A stretch of 31,240 nucleotides of DNA from Geobacteraceae bacterium (GTDB lineage: Bacteria; Desulfobacterota; Desulfuromonadia; Geobacterales; Geobacteraceae), in contig JBGQDJ010000001.1 in NCBI GenBank assembly GCA_041495805.1, positions 1 to 31,240 of the forward strand. The letters are read 5' to 3'. How positions within the stretch are numbered: the first letter of the stretch is position 1; every line of letters starts with the position of its first letter. Of this stretch, positions 1-8,142 are shown piece by piece. The translations under genes and the position numbers were made by a program. The notes below the pieces were generated by a model. It did not search any database. It had not been told where the DNA came from and was given only the letters and a program-made list of their open reading frames with translations.

Positions 1-131
1 AAAATAAATACGTTAATTATGTCTCAAATCAGTACAAGCAATTTATATTTTGTAAACCAACGCTTATAAAGAATAACATTTATTTTAGCTTGTTAGGCAT
101 TAAGTTTACAAACTCCTTATTTCCAAACCTA
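1..131. other. AT-rich (~25% GC) segment abutting the truncated helicase; end of a foreign insertion or an assembly junction
   Basis: 33 G+C counted in the first 130 nt, versus clearly GC-rich coding DNA from ~132 on. The shift coincides with the premature stop of the helicase. Contains a perfect 9-bp inverted repeat TTTGTAAAC (49-57)/GTTTACAAA (104-112). Confidence 0.6.
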
Positions 132-1310
132 ATAGATGGACTGCTTGGGGTCGCCGACAATGAAAAGGCGCTGGCCGGGGCCTGCGAGAAGCCCTGTCAG
201 CTGCTTTTGCAGGGGGTTGGTATCCTGGAACTCGTCCACCATGACGACGCTGAAGCGCTGCCGGCAGGCGTTGAGCAGGTCCAAGTCACGGACGAGCATG
301 TCTCTGGTTATGCGCTGCAGGTCATCGAAGTCCAAAACTCCGCGCTCATTCTTGCGAATCCGGTAGGCGGTCTCAACCTTTCCGGAAAGTCTGATCAGGG
401 CGATTGTCAGCGGGTCGCTCAATGCCTGACGGCTGCACAGTTCCAGATTTTCCAGGCAGTCGGAAAGGGAGTCCCTGACCGGCTTTTCTTTTCCCCAGAC
501 ACCGGCAATACACGATTGCATGGCGGCTATCTCCAACGGGGTCCCCACGCTCTCCGCCGCGAGCCGCGATGCTGCATAAAGCACGGGGAGCGCCCTGAGC
601 GGTTCGTGGAACTGAAGCTGCTTACTCAGCAGAATCCGCCGCACTTCCGCTATTAACCCAATCAATCGCCCGGCCTCTTCGGCAAAACGCCGGAGAGCTT
701 TATGCCGCCATTCTTCCGCCAGCCGCAGCAATTCCGCTTCCCCGGCGACACCGGCGGAGAGCTGCCGGTGGAGAGCGATCAGATGTTCCCTGAGCCCTTT
801 TCCGTGTCCCTGTCCGGAGAGGGGAAAGTTCTCCAGCAGAAGGCGAATTTCATCGCTCCGCGACCGGAGCTCCCCCTCGATCACCTCGTCCAGTGCCTCC
901 TGAAGTTCCGCCCCGGCTTCTGCTTCGTCAAGGAGGCTGAAGGCAGGGTCAATCCCCGCTTCGGCTGGGTTTTCACGGAGGATGCGGGAACAGAAGGCGT
1001 GGAAGGTGGCGATAGCGGCATTCGGCAGGGCCCGGCGACGGATATCCCAGAAGCTCTTATCGGTCGCCGTTGCCAGCCTTTCCTGCACGCCCGAGCGGAC
1101 GCGTTCCTTCATCTCCAGGGCAGCCTTTTCGGTGAAGGTGATGGCGACGATCTCCTCCACCTCCAACGCCCGCCCAAGCGAGGTTTCCCCGGCCAGAAGG
1201 CGCAGGTAGAGCTCCACCAGCGCGGCTGTCTTTCCGGAGCCAGCCCCGGCGGAGACTACGATGTCGCTCTCAAAGGCGAAGACCTGTTGTTTGACTTCAG
1301 ACCATTCCAT
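129..1310 (-). pseudogene. addA: AddA/UvrD-family (SF1A) ATP-dependent helicase, N-terminal 393 aa only, truncated after motif III
   Basis: Motif I AGAGSGKT, Ia AITFTEKAALEMKER, TFHAFC, II VMVDEFQDTN, III GDPKQSIY followed at once by TAG (129-131). The long insertion between Ia and II is AddA/RecB-like, so addA is tentative. Start set at ATG 1310, just after the upstream stop at 1316. Confidence 0.8.
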
Positions 1311-1315
1311 GGATG

Positions 1316-1744
1316 TCAACCGCGCTCCCAATCTCTCTTTTCCCCTGGCACGATCTTGAAGAGCAGATGCGCCCCGGGCAATTCTATCCGGCGGTACTCC
1401 TCATAAAGCGCCGGGGCTCTTTTTTTCAGTTTGGACAATAGGTGCAACCATTCAAAATGGAGCTGCCCTTTTGTTTCTTCCACCTGGCCGCAAAGGGGAG
1501 CCTTGCCGATTCTGGCGCTGTCAAAGCGATAACCGCGGTTGCGGGCTTCGTCGCAAACCCCGTGCAGATAAGCGGCGATCATGGCCAAGGGGTCGGGATG
1601 GGCGCGGAAGCGGATAAGCTGCGGATGCCTGGTGTATCCCCTGGTCTCTCCCATGAGGACCTTCTGGGCAAGCAGGGCCTCACGCCAGAGGGCGACCAGC
1701 CCCTTCGGATCGAGATAGGATGGATGAAGCGACCAGAGTCTCAT
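1316..1744 (-). CDS. Pyrimidine dimer DNA glycosylase / T4 endonuclease V-like family protein
   Basis: N-terminus MRLWSLHPSYLDPKGLVALWREALLAQKVL..G.T.GY..HPQL.RF is the recognisable signature of the bacterial Pyr_excise family. 142 aa, tightly packed in the operon. Confidence 0.85.
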   Translation of the reverse strand: MRLWSLHPSYLDPKGLVALWREALLAQKVLMGETRGYTRHPQLIRFRAHPDPLAMIAAYLHGVCDEARNRGYRFDSARIGKAPLCGQVEETKGQLHFEWLHLLSKLKKRAPALYEEYRRIELPGAHLLFKIVPGEKRDWERG

Positions 1745-1760
1745 GGCGGATAGTCACGCA

Positions 1761-2969
1761 TCAGCTTTTCAATGTAACATTTGTTGTGACGGTCCTCTCT
1801 TCATCATCAATGGATATGTCGATGAATCCTTCTTCGAAATCGGGCATGCAGTATCCCTCGACGAATTCGTCCAGCGTCAGCCGCTGTCCGGGAAACGGCG
1901 GGAAGAGGGCGCTTTCCAGGGCGTATTGAGCACCGTGGGGCATGCCGTCGGAGCCGAACAGCAGATCTTTCCCCGGTACATATCCGACGTCGTCGATAAG
2001 CATCCTGAAGGGGTTGTTGCGGCCCAGGTACTGCTCAGGCAGGCGGTCCCTGTAGAAATTAGATTCGAGGCTGAAGTTCGGCTGCATGGAGAGGATGATC
2101 CCCAGGGACTTTGCCCTGGCCGCGGTTTGCAGTGAAATGAACTGGCAGTGTTCGATCCTTGTCTCCGGCGGGCTCTTTTCCAGCCGCGCAACCGCATTCA
2201 CCGTCTGTTCGATGGCCAGGTCGCCGATGGCGTGGATGGAAACGGCCTTGCCGGCATCCGCGGCCCATTTAAGCTGGATCTGAAGTTTCTCGTCATCGTA
2301 TATGAGAAACCCCTCTTCACCGCCGAGATAGCATTGGGAAAGCTTCGCGGTCCTTGCGCCGAGCGCGCCGTCGCCGAAGAGTTTTATGCCATGAACACGG
2401 GTAATTGCCTCGTCCTCCATCTCCATGAAGGTTCCCATTGTCGTCCAGAAACGGCTCCTCTCAGAAAGCAATGAACTGTCGAACAACTCTATCTCGTCGC
2501 TATCCCACAGGGTCATCTCTTCCGCATACCAGACACCCTGCTCCGCCAGTTTCCCGTAATAAGAGGAGATCCGCACGGCATCGCACGGTCTTATCCCCAT
2601 GACGAACTACATTATCATGGCGGCGTTTCTCTCAATCCATTCCCGGTCATCTATTCTTGCTATAATCTCGGGGTAACGGGGAGCAAGTTCCGCCTCGGCG
2701 GCGCGGTTCATGACGAAACTGTGCAGGGAGGCGTTCATTATAATCAGCGGGGGGAGCGGATACAGTTCTGCGGGAGAAAACCGGTAAAGGCTGTCGTTCC
2801 AACCTATTACGACGTTGATTTCATCCTTTATGAAATGATCGAGGATCAATTCCAGCGCCCTCGACTTGTCATCGACAAACCTCAGATCCAGGCAACTGTC
2901 CAGTGAGGCATAGAGATAGGGGTGGGTATGATGGTCCTTGAGAAGGGGAATCCGCTCTTTCACGTTCAT
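1761..2969 (-). pseudogene. Metal-dependent amidohydrolase (amidohydrolase-3/YtcJ-like), 402 codons, interrupted by one in-frame TAG at 2607-2609 (nonsense, error or readthrough)
   Basis: ORFs 2607..3011 and 1761..2600 are in the same frame: ...ATG ATA ATG TAG TTC GTC ATG GGG... The first part has the metal motif DHHTH; the second has KLFGDGALGARTA, HAIGD, RIEHCQ and GSDG. Likely start ATG 2969 (MNVKERIPLLKDHHTH). Confidence 0.8.
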
Positions 2970-3010
2970 AATTATCCAATAACGGGGTGCTTTGTTTTTA
3001 TCTCCGCGCA

Positions 3011-3808
3011 CTATACCAGAGGCTGTTGATCCCCGACAACCGGATTGGTCAGAGTCCCTATCCCTTCGATTTCAATTTCTACAATCTGCCCCGGTTGCAG
3101 GAATACCGGGGGTTTTCTCTTGAAACCGACGCCATCGGGTGTGCCGGTCAGTATGATCGTCCCCGGCAGCAGGGTAAAACAGCCTGAGATGTAGGAGACG
3201 ATCCGCCGGACCGGGAAAACCATGTCCGAGGTTCTGGAGGACTGCATCACTTTTCCGTCGAGCCTGCAGGTGATTGCGAGGTTGTCGGCGTCGAGGTCTG
3301 TCTCGATGGCGGGTCCGATGGGGCAGAAGGTGTCGTGGCTCTTGGCCCTGGCCCATTGGCCGTCGGAAAACTGGGCTGCACGATTCGAGACGTCGTTGGC
3401 TGCCGTGTAGCCGAGAATGTATTCGTGTACCTCTTCTTCCGGGACATCCTTTGCCAGTTTGCCGATTACGATGACAAGTTCTGCCTCGTAATCGATCTTG
3501 CCGGGGCCCTTCGACGGAAGGATAATGGGGTCGCCCGGACCGCAGAGGGATGTAGTTGATTTGATGAATATCAGCGGTTCTGACGGGGGTGTATGACCGG
3601 TCTCTTCAGCGTGCTTCCTGTAGTTGAGTCCGAGGCAGATGATGTTGGGAGGCACTACCGGTGGGAGGATCTTCACGGTGTCGAGGCCGATGGCGACCGG
3701 CTGCCTCTCCAGGCCGCTGAAGGGGTCCCCGCCGCATGGAAAGAGGAGGCTCCCTTCAACTATGCCGTAGCTCGGATTCCCTCCTGACGTGTAACGGGCA
3801 ATTCTCAT
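3011..3808 (-). CDS. Fumarylacetoacetate (FAA) hydrolase family protein
   Basis: IICLGLNYRKHAEE, PLIFIK, IDYEAELVIVIGK, GYTAANDVSNR, KSHDTFCPIGP, LLPGTIILTGTPDGVG. RBS AGGGGGA upstream. Confidence 0.93.
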   Translation of the reverse strand: MRIARYTSGGNPSYGIVEGSLLFPCGGDPFSGLERQPVAIGLDTVKILPPVVPPNIICLGLNYRKHAEETGHTPPSEPLIFIKSTTSLCGPGDPIILPSKGPGKIDYEAELVIVIGKLAKDVPEEEVHEYILGYTAANDVSNRAAQFSDGQWARAKSHDTFCPIGPAIETDLDADNLAITCRLDGKVMQSSRTSDMVFPVRRIVSYISGCFTLLPGTIILTGTPDGVGFKRKPPVFLQPGQIVEIEIEGIGTLTNPVVGDQQPLV

Positions 3809-3870
3809 CTTTTTATCCCCCTGATCGGAAATTAATCCCTTATCATTGCGGAAAATAACCTGGACAGTGA

Positions 3871-3899
3871 ATGATACGAGCTTTAACTAAGGATTTCAA
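3871..3899 (-). promoter_or_regulatory. Sigma70-type promoter for the FAA hydrolase operon
   Basis: Minus strand TTGAAA (3899-3894) - 17 nt - TATCAT (3876-3871), about 60 nt upstream of ATG 3808. Confidence 0.6.
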
Positions 3900-3949
3900 C
3901 AGGGAAATGGGTTCGTGATACGATGATCGGGGAATTGCAGACAAGGCTG

Positions 3950-5500
3950 CTACAGGCGGGATGCCAGATAACGGGTCCATTCGTAGCAGCTCCGGGTCTC
4001 TTCGGCAATGGCTGCTAGCCCTTCGGCGGTTATGTTGTCGCGCATGAGGCCGAAGAAATCCGTCAGCGGGGCCATTTCCGGGTGTAGAGCGCTATGGATC
4101 TTTATGCCGGCAGCCATCGCGGCCTCGGCGTCCCCCAGCAGGCTGAGCTCATCCATGGGGAGCGGGTTATCTCCCGCGGCCCCGGCAATTCGCGAAGAGA
4201 TTTGGACCCCTTCCGTTGCCATCCCGACAAGTTCGGGAGCGCAGGGTTCGGCCGTTCCCGTAAATAACGGGGGGAGTATTCCGTCATCGAGACACTCCTT
4301 CCACATCCGCCCGTATCTCCTTGCCGGTTCCTCATCGCTGTCGTCACCACCGTCACAGCGCTGCCAGTCGAGGTAGCCTTCGGCGTCAAAGAAACTCCGG
4401 TAGGCCTTGACTCCAGTTCTGCCAGGGTGTGGCTCACCCCGTAGCATGGCGCGGCACGATTCGTAAACAGCGTCCACCGTCAGCATCTCCCGGCAGACCA
4501 GGGTGGGGCAGTTGAAGTTGTAGCGGCAGGGGGCGCAGGGGATGTCGGCCAGGAGCGCCAGGTTGCCGGAGCTGTAAGGGCCTGTGCCGTGGAAAAAAGC
4601 CGGGCCCGTGCAGAGCATCATCGTAGGGACCCCGCCCGCGGCAGCGAAATGCATGGTGCCGGTGTCGTTGGTGACCAGGAGGGCGCAGCGTTTGAGCAGT
4701 GAAAAGAGCCCTTCCAGGGAGGTTTTTCCCACCGCGCTGATAGCTGGGTGGGACATGTTCGACAGAGCCCGGGCGGCCAGGGGCTCCTCGCTTTGGCTGC
4801 CAAAGAGGATGGTTCGCACACCGAGTCTTTCCTGGAGTAGATCGGAGAGTGTGGCGAAACTCTCAGGAGGCCAGCAGCGAACCGTGTCGCTGGCGCCGAG
4901 CTGAAGGCCTATAAGCCTCTCCCCGAACAGTCCGTTCTCACACAGAAAGGCATCGGCGAATGCCTCCCCCTTTTCAGTTCCGATCAGTTCCACCGGCTTG
5001 CCGTCCGGCTTTTCACCCCCCAGGCGGGTGAACATATCGACAAGGTTGATCCTGTTCAGAAGACGGTTGTTCCCCTCCTGGGTGGTAAAGAGGTATATCC
5101 CCCAGAGCGAGCTGATGAGCCTTTCACCCTTATCCCCCGCGACCAGCCCGACAAATTTGTCGGCCTTCATGAGCGATGCAAGAAAGGCGCTCATGTGGCT
5201 GAATGTGAGATTGATCACCAGGTCGTAATGAATCTCCTCCAGCTCACGGACAAATGCTTCCAGGGAAAAATAGGGAACAAGGGGGTCTTCGGCGAAAACG
5301 ACCCTGTCCGCGACCTCATCCTTGGCAAAGGTGATGACCCTGTCGTATCCATGCACCAGTGGGAGAATCCCGGCAAAGCGCTGCTCGGCCACGAGGGTAA
5401 TCCGCGCCTGGGGCCAGGTCTGTTTCAGTATCCGGAGAAGCGGCGTCTCCTGGATCAGGTCCCCGAATCGGGTCAGACTTATGATGGCGATTTCTTTCAT
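3950..5500 (-). CDS. Glycosyltransferase family 9 (heptosyltransferase-like) with C-terminal extension
   Basis: IISLTRFGDLIQETPLLRILKQTWPQARIT, IGLQLGAS...RCWP.E.F, GKTSLEGL, LLVTNDTGTMHFAAA. 516 aa; starts 2 nt after the upstream stop. Confidence 0.9.
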   Translation of the reverse strand: MKEIAIISLTRFGDLIQETPLLRILKQTWPQARITLVAEQRFAGILPLVHGYDRVITFAKDEVADRVVFAEDPLVPYFSLEAFVRELEEIHYDLVINLTFSHMSAFLASLMKADKFVGLVAGDKGERLISSLWGIYLFTTQEGNNRLLNRINLVDMFTRLGGEKPDGKPVELIGTEKGEAFADAFLCENGLFGERLIGLQLGASDTVRCWPPESFATLSDLLQERLGVRTILFGSQSEEPLAARALSNMSHPAISAVGKTSLEGLFSLLKRCALLVTNDTGTMHFAAAGGVPTMMLCTGPAFFHGTGPYSSGNLALLADIPCAPCRYNFNCPTLVCREMLTVDAVYESCRAMLRGEPHPGRTGVKAYRSFFDAEGYLDWQRCDGGDDSDEEPARRYGRMWKECLDDGILPPLFTGTAEPCAPELVGMATEGVQISSRIAGAAGDNPLPMDELSLLGDAEAAMAAGIKIHSALHPEMAPLTDFFGLMRDNITAEGLAAIAEETRSCYEWTRYLASRL

Positions 5501-5502
5501 AT

Positions 5503-7299
5503 CTAATCCAGCTTCAGTTCGACGTTTTTCAGAGCAAGAAATATCTTTTCCGCACGCGAAAGCTCACCGTCTCCACCCTTCAGGGCGGCGTAGATTCCAT
5601 CCAGGGTCGGGGCCGGGCCCTGGGGAAGACGGTCCAGAAGTTCACGCAGGCCTTCCTGGCCGCCGATTTTTTCATAAAGGGCGGAATGTTCTTCCCGGCG
5701 GAGGCGCATTTTTTCCGCCAAGCCCTGGTTGTCGGCAAGTATCAGGGCGAGAAGCTCCTCCATCCGCCTGTCATAGGTGTGTTCGGCGAGTACCCTTCTT
5801 CTTCCCTTTTCCGCAAATACGGCCCGCTCATCAGGGTGGTCGAGGTAGTGGTCAATCTTTTCTCGGAGCTCAGGGAGGCTGCCGAACTGCTCCATCTCCC
5901 CATCCGAGAAAAGTTCGCCCAGGAGCGATCTCCTGTCCACAAGCTGGAATGCGCCGCACGCGGCAATCTCGAAAGTCCTCGGGTTGACGAAATCGCCGTC
6001 GGGCACTACCCCTTCATGAATCAGGGATGAGTGGAGATTGAGATTTACGGCCGAGGCGTTGAATATACGGACGCAGGTTTCCGTGTCGATCCTTTTTCCG
6101 TTCAACTGGATAAGTCGGTCGAGGGGGGGCGAAAAGGGCCAGTCGCTCCCCCATATCCTGAAGGGATAGTCGGCAAGTCCCTTGAAGAGATTGCAGCGGT
6201 TATAATAGCCCGCGCCCACAAAGGAGAGGGGGCTGCCGTACGCCTCTAATTCTTCGTCGGAAAGCCCGGCAGGGAGATGGACCTCAGGGGCGGCGGCAAC
6301 AGGGAGGTATGAGTAGTTCGAAACGCCGATCTCAGCCAGCTCCTTCCTGAAATCTTCCTTCTGGATGCCGAAGAAATACCGGTAATGTGGCGCCACGTCC
6401 CGCCAGTAGGTGAGGACGCGGTAGTCCTCCACGAACCAGAAAGCTGTGGGGATATCCATTGCCGCAAGCCTTGCCAGCGTCTCGGAAAGGAGCGGCGCCT
6501 GGGCCAGGGCAAGGACCAGGTCGGGCCGGGTCTCCTTGGCCATCAGCTCCACCCCGCGTGAGATCGTGGCAGCCAGGTCGTTTCTGAAGGCCTGCCGGCA
6601 TCGGTCAAACCGGTAGTTGCCGGCGAAATCCATTCCTCCGCTGAATGCCTCGGCGGCGAAGGTCGTGACGATATGACCCATCCGGCGCAGGGCCGACGCG
6701 CAGTAGCGGGCGATGGGGAGCGACCCCCCGTTGATGGGATTGACCAGGAGGATCTTCATTCCTCCTTCTCTTGCCCCCCGGAGGCTGTCTCCATAGGAGT
6801 TAAGGGTTCCCAGTGAGTCGGGGTGGATTCGAAGCGAAGGGGGATGCGGAAGGATGGTCCGTGCCAGGTCATCACTGTGGGCCCTTCGCAGCCGCTCCGG
6901 TGTCAACCCGGCTATGATCCGGAAGTTTACAAGAACGTCCGCCAGGTCCAGGTTTTCCAGGGCGGTAGAGAAGAGATCCAGGTCCGGTTCGATAACCGTG
7001 CCGGAAACGCCCAGATTTGCCAGCCCCTTGAGGTGATATCCCAGCCCGAAACCCAGGACCGTCACCTTGCCGGTCTGGGGAAGATTGTGCTCCGCAACCG
7101 CGCGCCGGGCCCAGTTCTCCCCGTCCTTAGCAGGATCGCGAAAAGAGTGGATGGCGAGCCCGCGCAGCTTCAGGGTAGGTTCACCGTTTGCCGCAATCTC
7201 AACGGGGATGCGGCTTCGTTCTGTCCGCTTCTCCACCCTCTCTGCAAGTGCAGGATCATTTTGCCGGAGAAACTCCAGGTTCGTTTTGAAAAAACCCAT
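5503..7299 (-). CDS. CgeB-family (DUF3880/Glyco_trans_1_2) glycosyltransferase with Maf-like N-terminal domain
   Basis: N-term FKTNLEFL..NDPALA...NGEPTL....IHS..DP resembles the N-terminus of flagellin-glycosylation Maf proteins, followed by VLGFGLGYH. C-term has FWFVED, LSFVGAGYYNR, VNPRTFEIAACGAFQLVD and VLAEHTYDRRM. Confidence 0.85.
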   Translation of the reverse strand: MGFFKTNLEFLRQNDPALAERVEKRTERSRIPVEIAANGEPTLKLRGLAIHSFRDPAKDGENWARRAVAEHNLPQTGKVTVLGFGLGYHLKGLANLGVSGTVIEPDLDLFSTALENLDLADVLVNFRIIAGLTPERLRRAHSDDLARTILPHPPSLRIHPDSLGTLNSYGDSLRGAREGGMKILLVNPINGGSLPIARYCASALRRMGHIVTTFAAEAFSGGMDFAGNYRFDRCRQAFRNDLAATISRGVELMAKETRPDLVLALAQAPLLSETLARLAAMDIPTAFWFVEDYRVLTYWRDVAPHYRYFFGIQKEDFRKELAEIGVSNYSYLPVAAAPEVHLPAGLSDEELEAYGSPLSFVGAGYYNRCNLFKGLADYPFRIWGSDWPFSPPLDRLIQLNGKRIDTETCVRIFNASAVNLNLHSSLIHEGVVPDGDFVNPRTFEIAACGAFQLVDRRSLLGELFSDGEMEQFGSLPELREKIDHYLDHPDERAVFAEKGRRRVLAEHTYDRRMEELLALILADNQGLAEKMRLRREEHSALYEKIGGQEGLRELLDRLPQGPAPTLDGIYAALKGGDGELSRAEKIFLALKNVELKLD

Positions 7300-7311
7300 G
7301 ATTCAGGGCAC

Positions 7312-7539
7312 TCAGCCTGCTATCCGAAAGCAGTTTCGATTCACATCACGGGTGTGGTAATTTCCCATCTCGGCCTCAGCTTCCATGGAGCCCAGTTTCG
7401 CCGCCAGGGCCAGCACCTCGCGTGCGTCGCAAAAGCGGCCGTCGCGCACAAAGAGGCGTCCCAGCCTTGCCAGATTGCCGGCGCAGAGGGATGCCAACGC
7501 CTCGGAATTTTCCCCATACTCTCTGATTGTCTTTTCCAT
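7312..7539 (-). CDS. Small helical (single TPR-like) hypothetical protein, first gene of the GT operon
   Basis: 75 aa from ATG 7539 with GGGAG RBS 9 nt upstream (the track extends it to TTG 7575). Stop lies 12 nt before the next start. LARLGRLF..DGRF.DAREVL..A is TPR-like. Confidence 0.55.
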   Translation of the reverse strand: MEKTIREYGENSEALASLCAGNLARLGRLFVRDGRFCDAREVLALAAKLGSMEAEAEMGNYHTRDVNRNCFRIAG

Positions 7540-7613
7540 TTCTGATAACTCCCTGTTCAGTAATTCCGATTTCAAATGTGAAATTATTTCAATATTTCAA
7601 CGGTCTGTATTAT

Positions 7614-7641
7614 ATATCGGCGTTATTCCGGCTTTACTTGA
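7614..7641 (-). promoter_or_regulatory. Sigma28 (FliA)-like promoter
   Basis: Minus strand TCAAG-N15-GCCGATAT: perfect -10, TCAAG variant -35, spacing 1 nt longer than canonical. Confidence 0.55.
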
Positions 7642-7660
7642 AGGTTACAGGGGGTTTATT

Positions 7661-7677
7661 TGCAATATAATTGCCAA
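7661..7677 (-). promoter_or_regulatory. Sigma54 (RpoN) -24/-12 promoter
   Basis: Minus strand TTGGCAATTATATTGCA = GG-N10-GC within TGGCA-N6-TTGCA, upstream of the GT operon. Confidence 0.75.
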
Positions 7678-7736
7678 AACTGGAGAGGACAAAGATGCTG
7701 ATTTTATGCGTGTTTTTAAAACGGTAAGGAGGAATA

Positions 7737-7750
7737 GTCAAAATTTTGAA
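7737..7750. promoter_or_regulatory. FleQ/FgrM-like enhancer box (copy 1)
   Basis: GTCAAAATTTTGAA, 62 bp upstream of the -24 GG of the sigma54 promoter. The same 14-mer pattern recurs at 18694 and 23387. Confidence 0.6.
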
Positions 7751-7831
7751 TGGGAAGCCGGGAACAGAGCGATATTTATGACAAAACGGATTTGCAGAAA
7801 AGCCCGCTCCATGTAATCCTGGAAAAAGCAG

Positions 7832-8000
7832 TTTCGCGCAAAGCCCGCCAAGTTCGCGCTTGTGCGCCATAGCGCTACAGCGCGCAGGCGCAAAGGAAAA
7901 ACGACCAGGTCCCTGGTTTTTGCCTTTCAACCTGTTGGCTTGGGCCTTTGTGTCTATAAGCATTTGAATTTCTTTGCGCCCTTTGCGACTTTGCGCGAGA
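7832..8000. repeat. Nested palindromic REP/MITE-like element
   Basis: Outer arms TTTCGCGCAAAG (7832-7843)/CTTTGCGCGAGA (7989-8000), one mismatch. Inner arms GGCGCAAAG (7887-7895)/CTTTGCGCC (7972-7980), perfect. Internal hairpin AAAAAC..CCAGG/CCTGG.TTTTT (7897-7921). Confidence 0.65.
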
Positions 8001-8078
8001 CACGCCTGAGTTGTTACCCTTTACCCATTGAATTCAGATTGAGATCAATTCCGCTGCATTTGATAACGGCACTCTTCT

Positions 8079-8094
8079 TGGCAGAGAAATTGCT
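8079..8094 (+). promoter_or_regulatory. Sigma54 (RpoN) -24/-12 promoter
   Basis: TGGCAGAGAAATTGCT = TGGCA-N6-TTGCT, about 50 nt upstream of ATG 8143. Confidence 0.75.
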
Positions 8095-8142
8095 TTTAAT
8101 TCTGGATTGACAACTTTTTTGATTTCCAGGGATTCCCAAAGA

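Noticed and set aside
120-150. Group I/II intron or intein at the helicase junction
   Set aside because: No GTGCG group II start, no convincing P1/IGS pairing, and the frame is closed (so not an intein). Kept only as an unclassified insertion.
3839-3859. TTATCATTGCGGAAAATAA as a Fur or IclR operator
   Set aside because: Only 4-bp arms and a partial Fur half-site; no second instance in the window.
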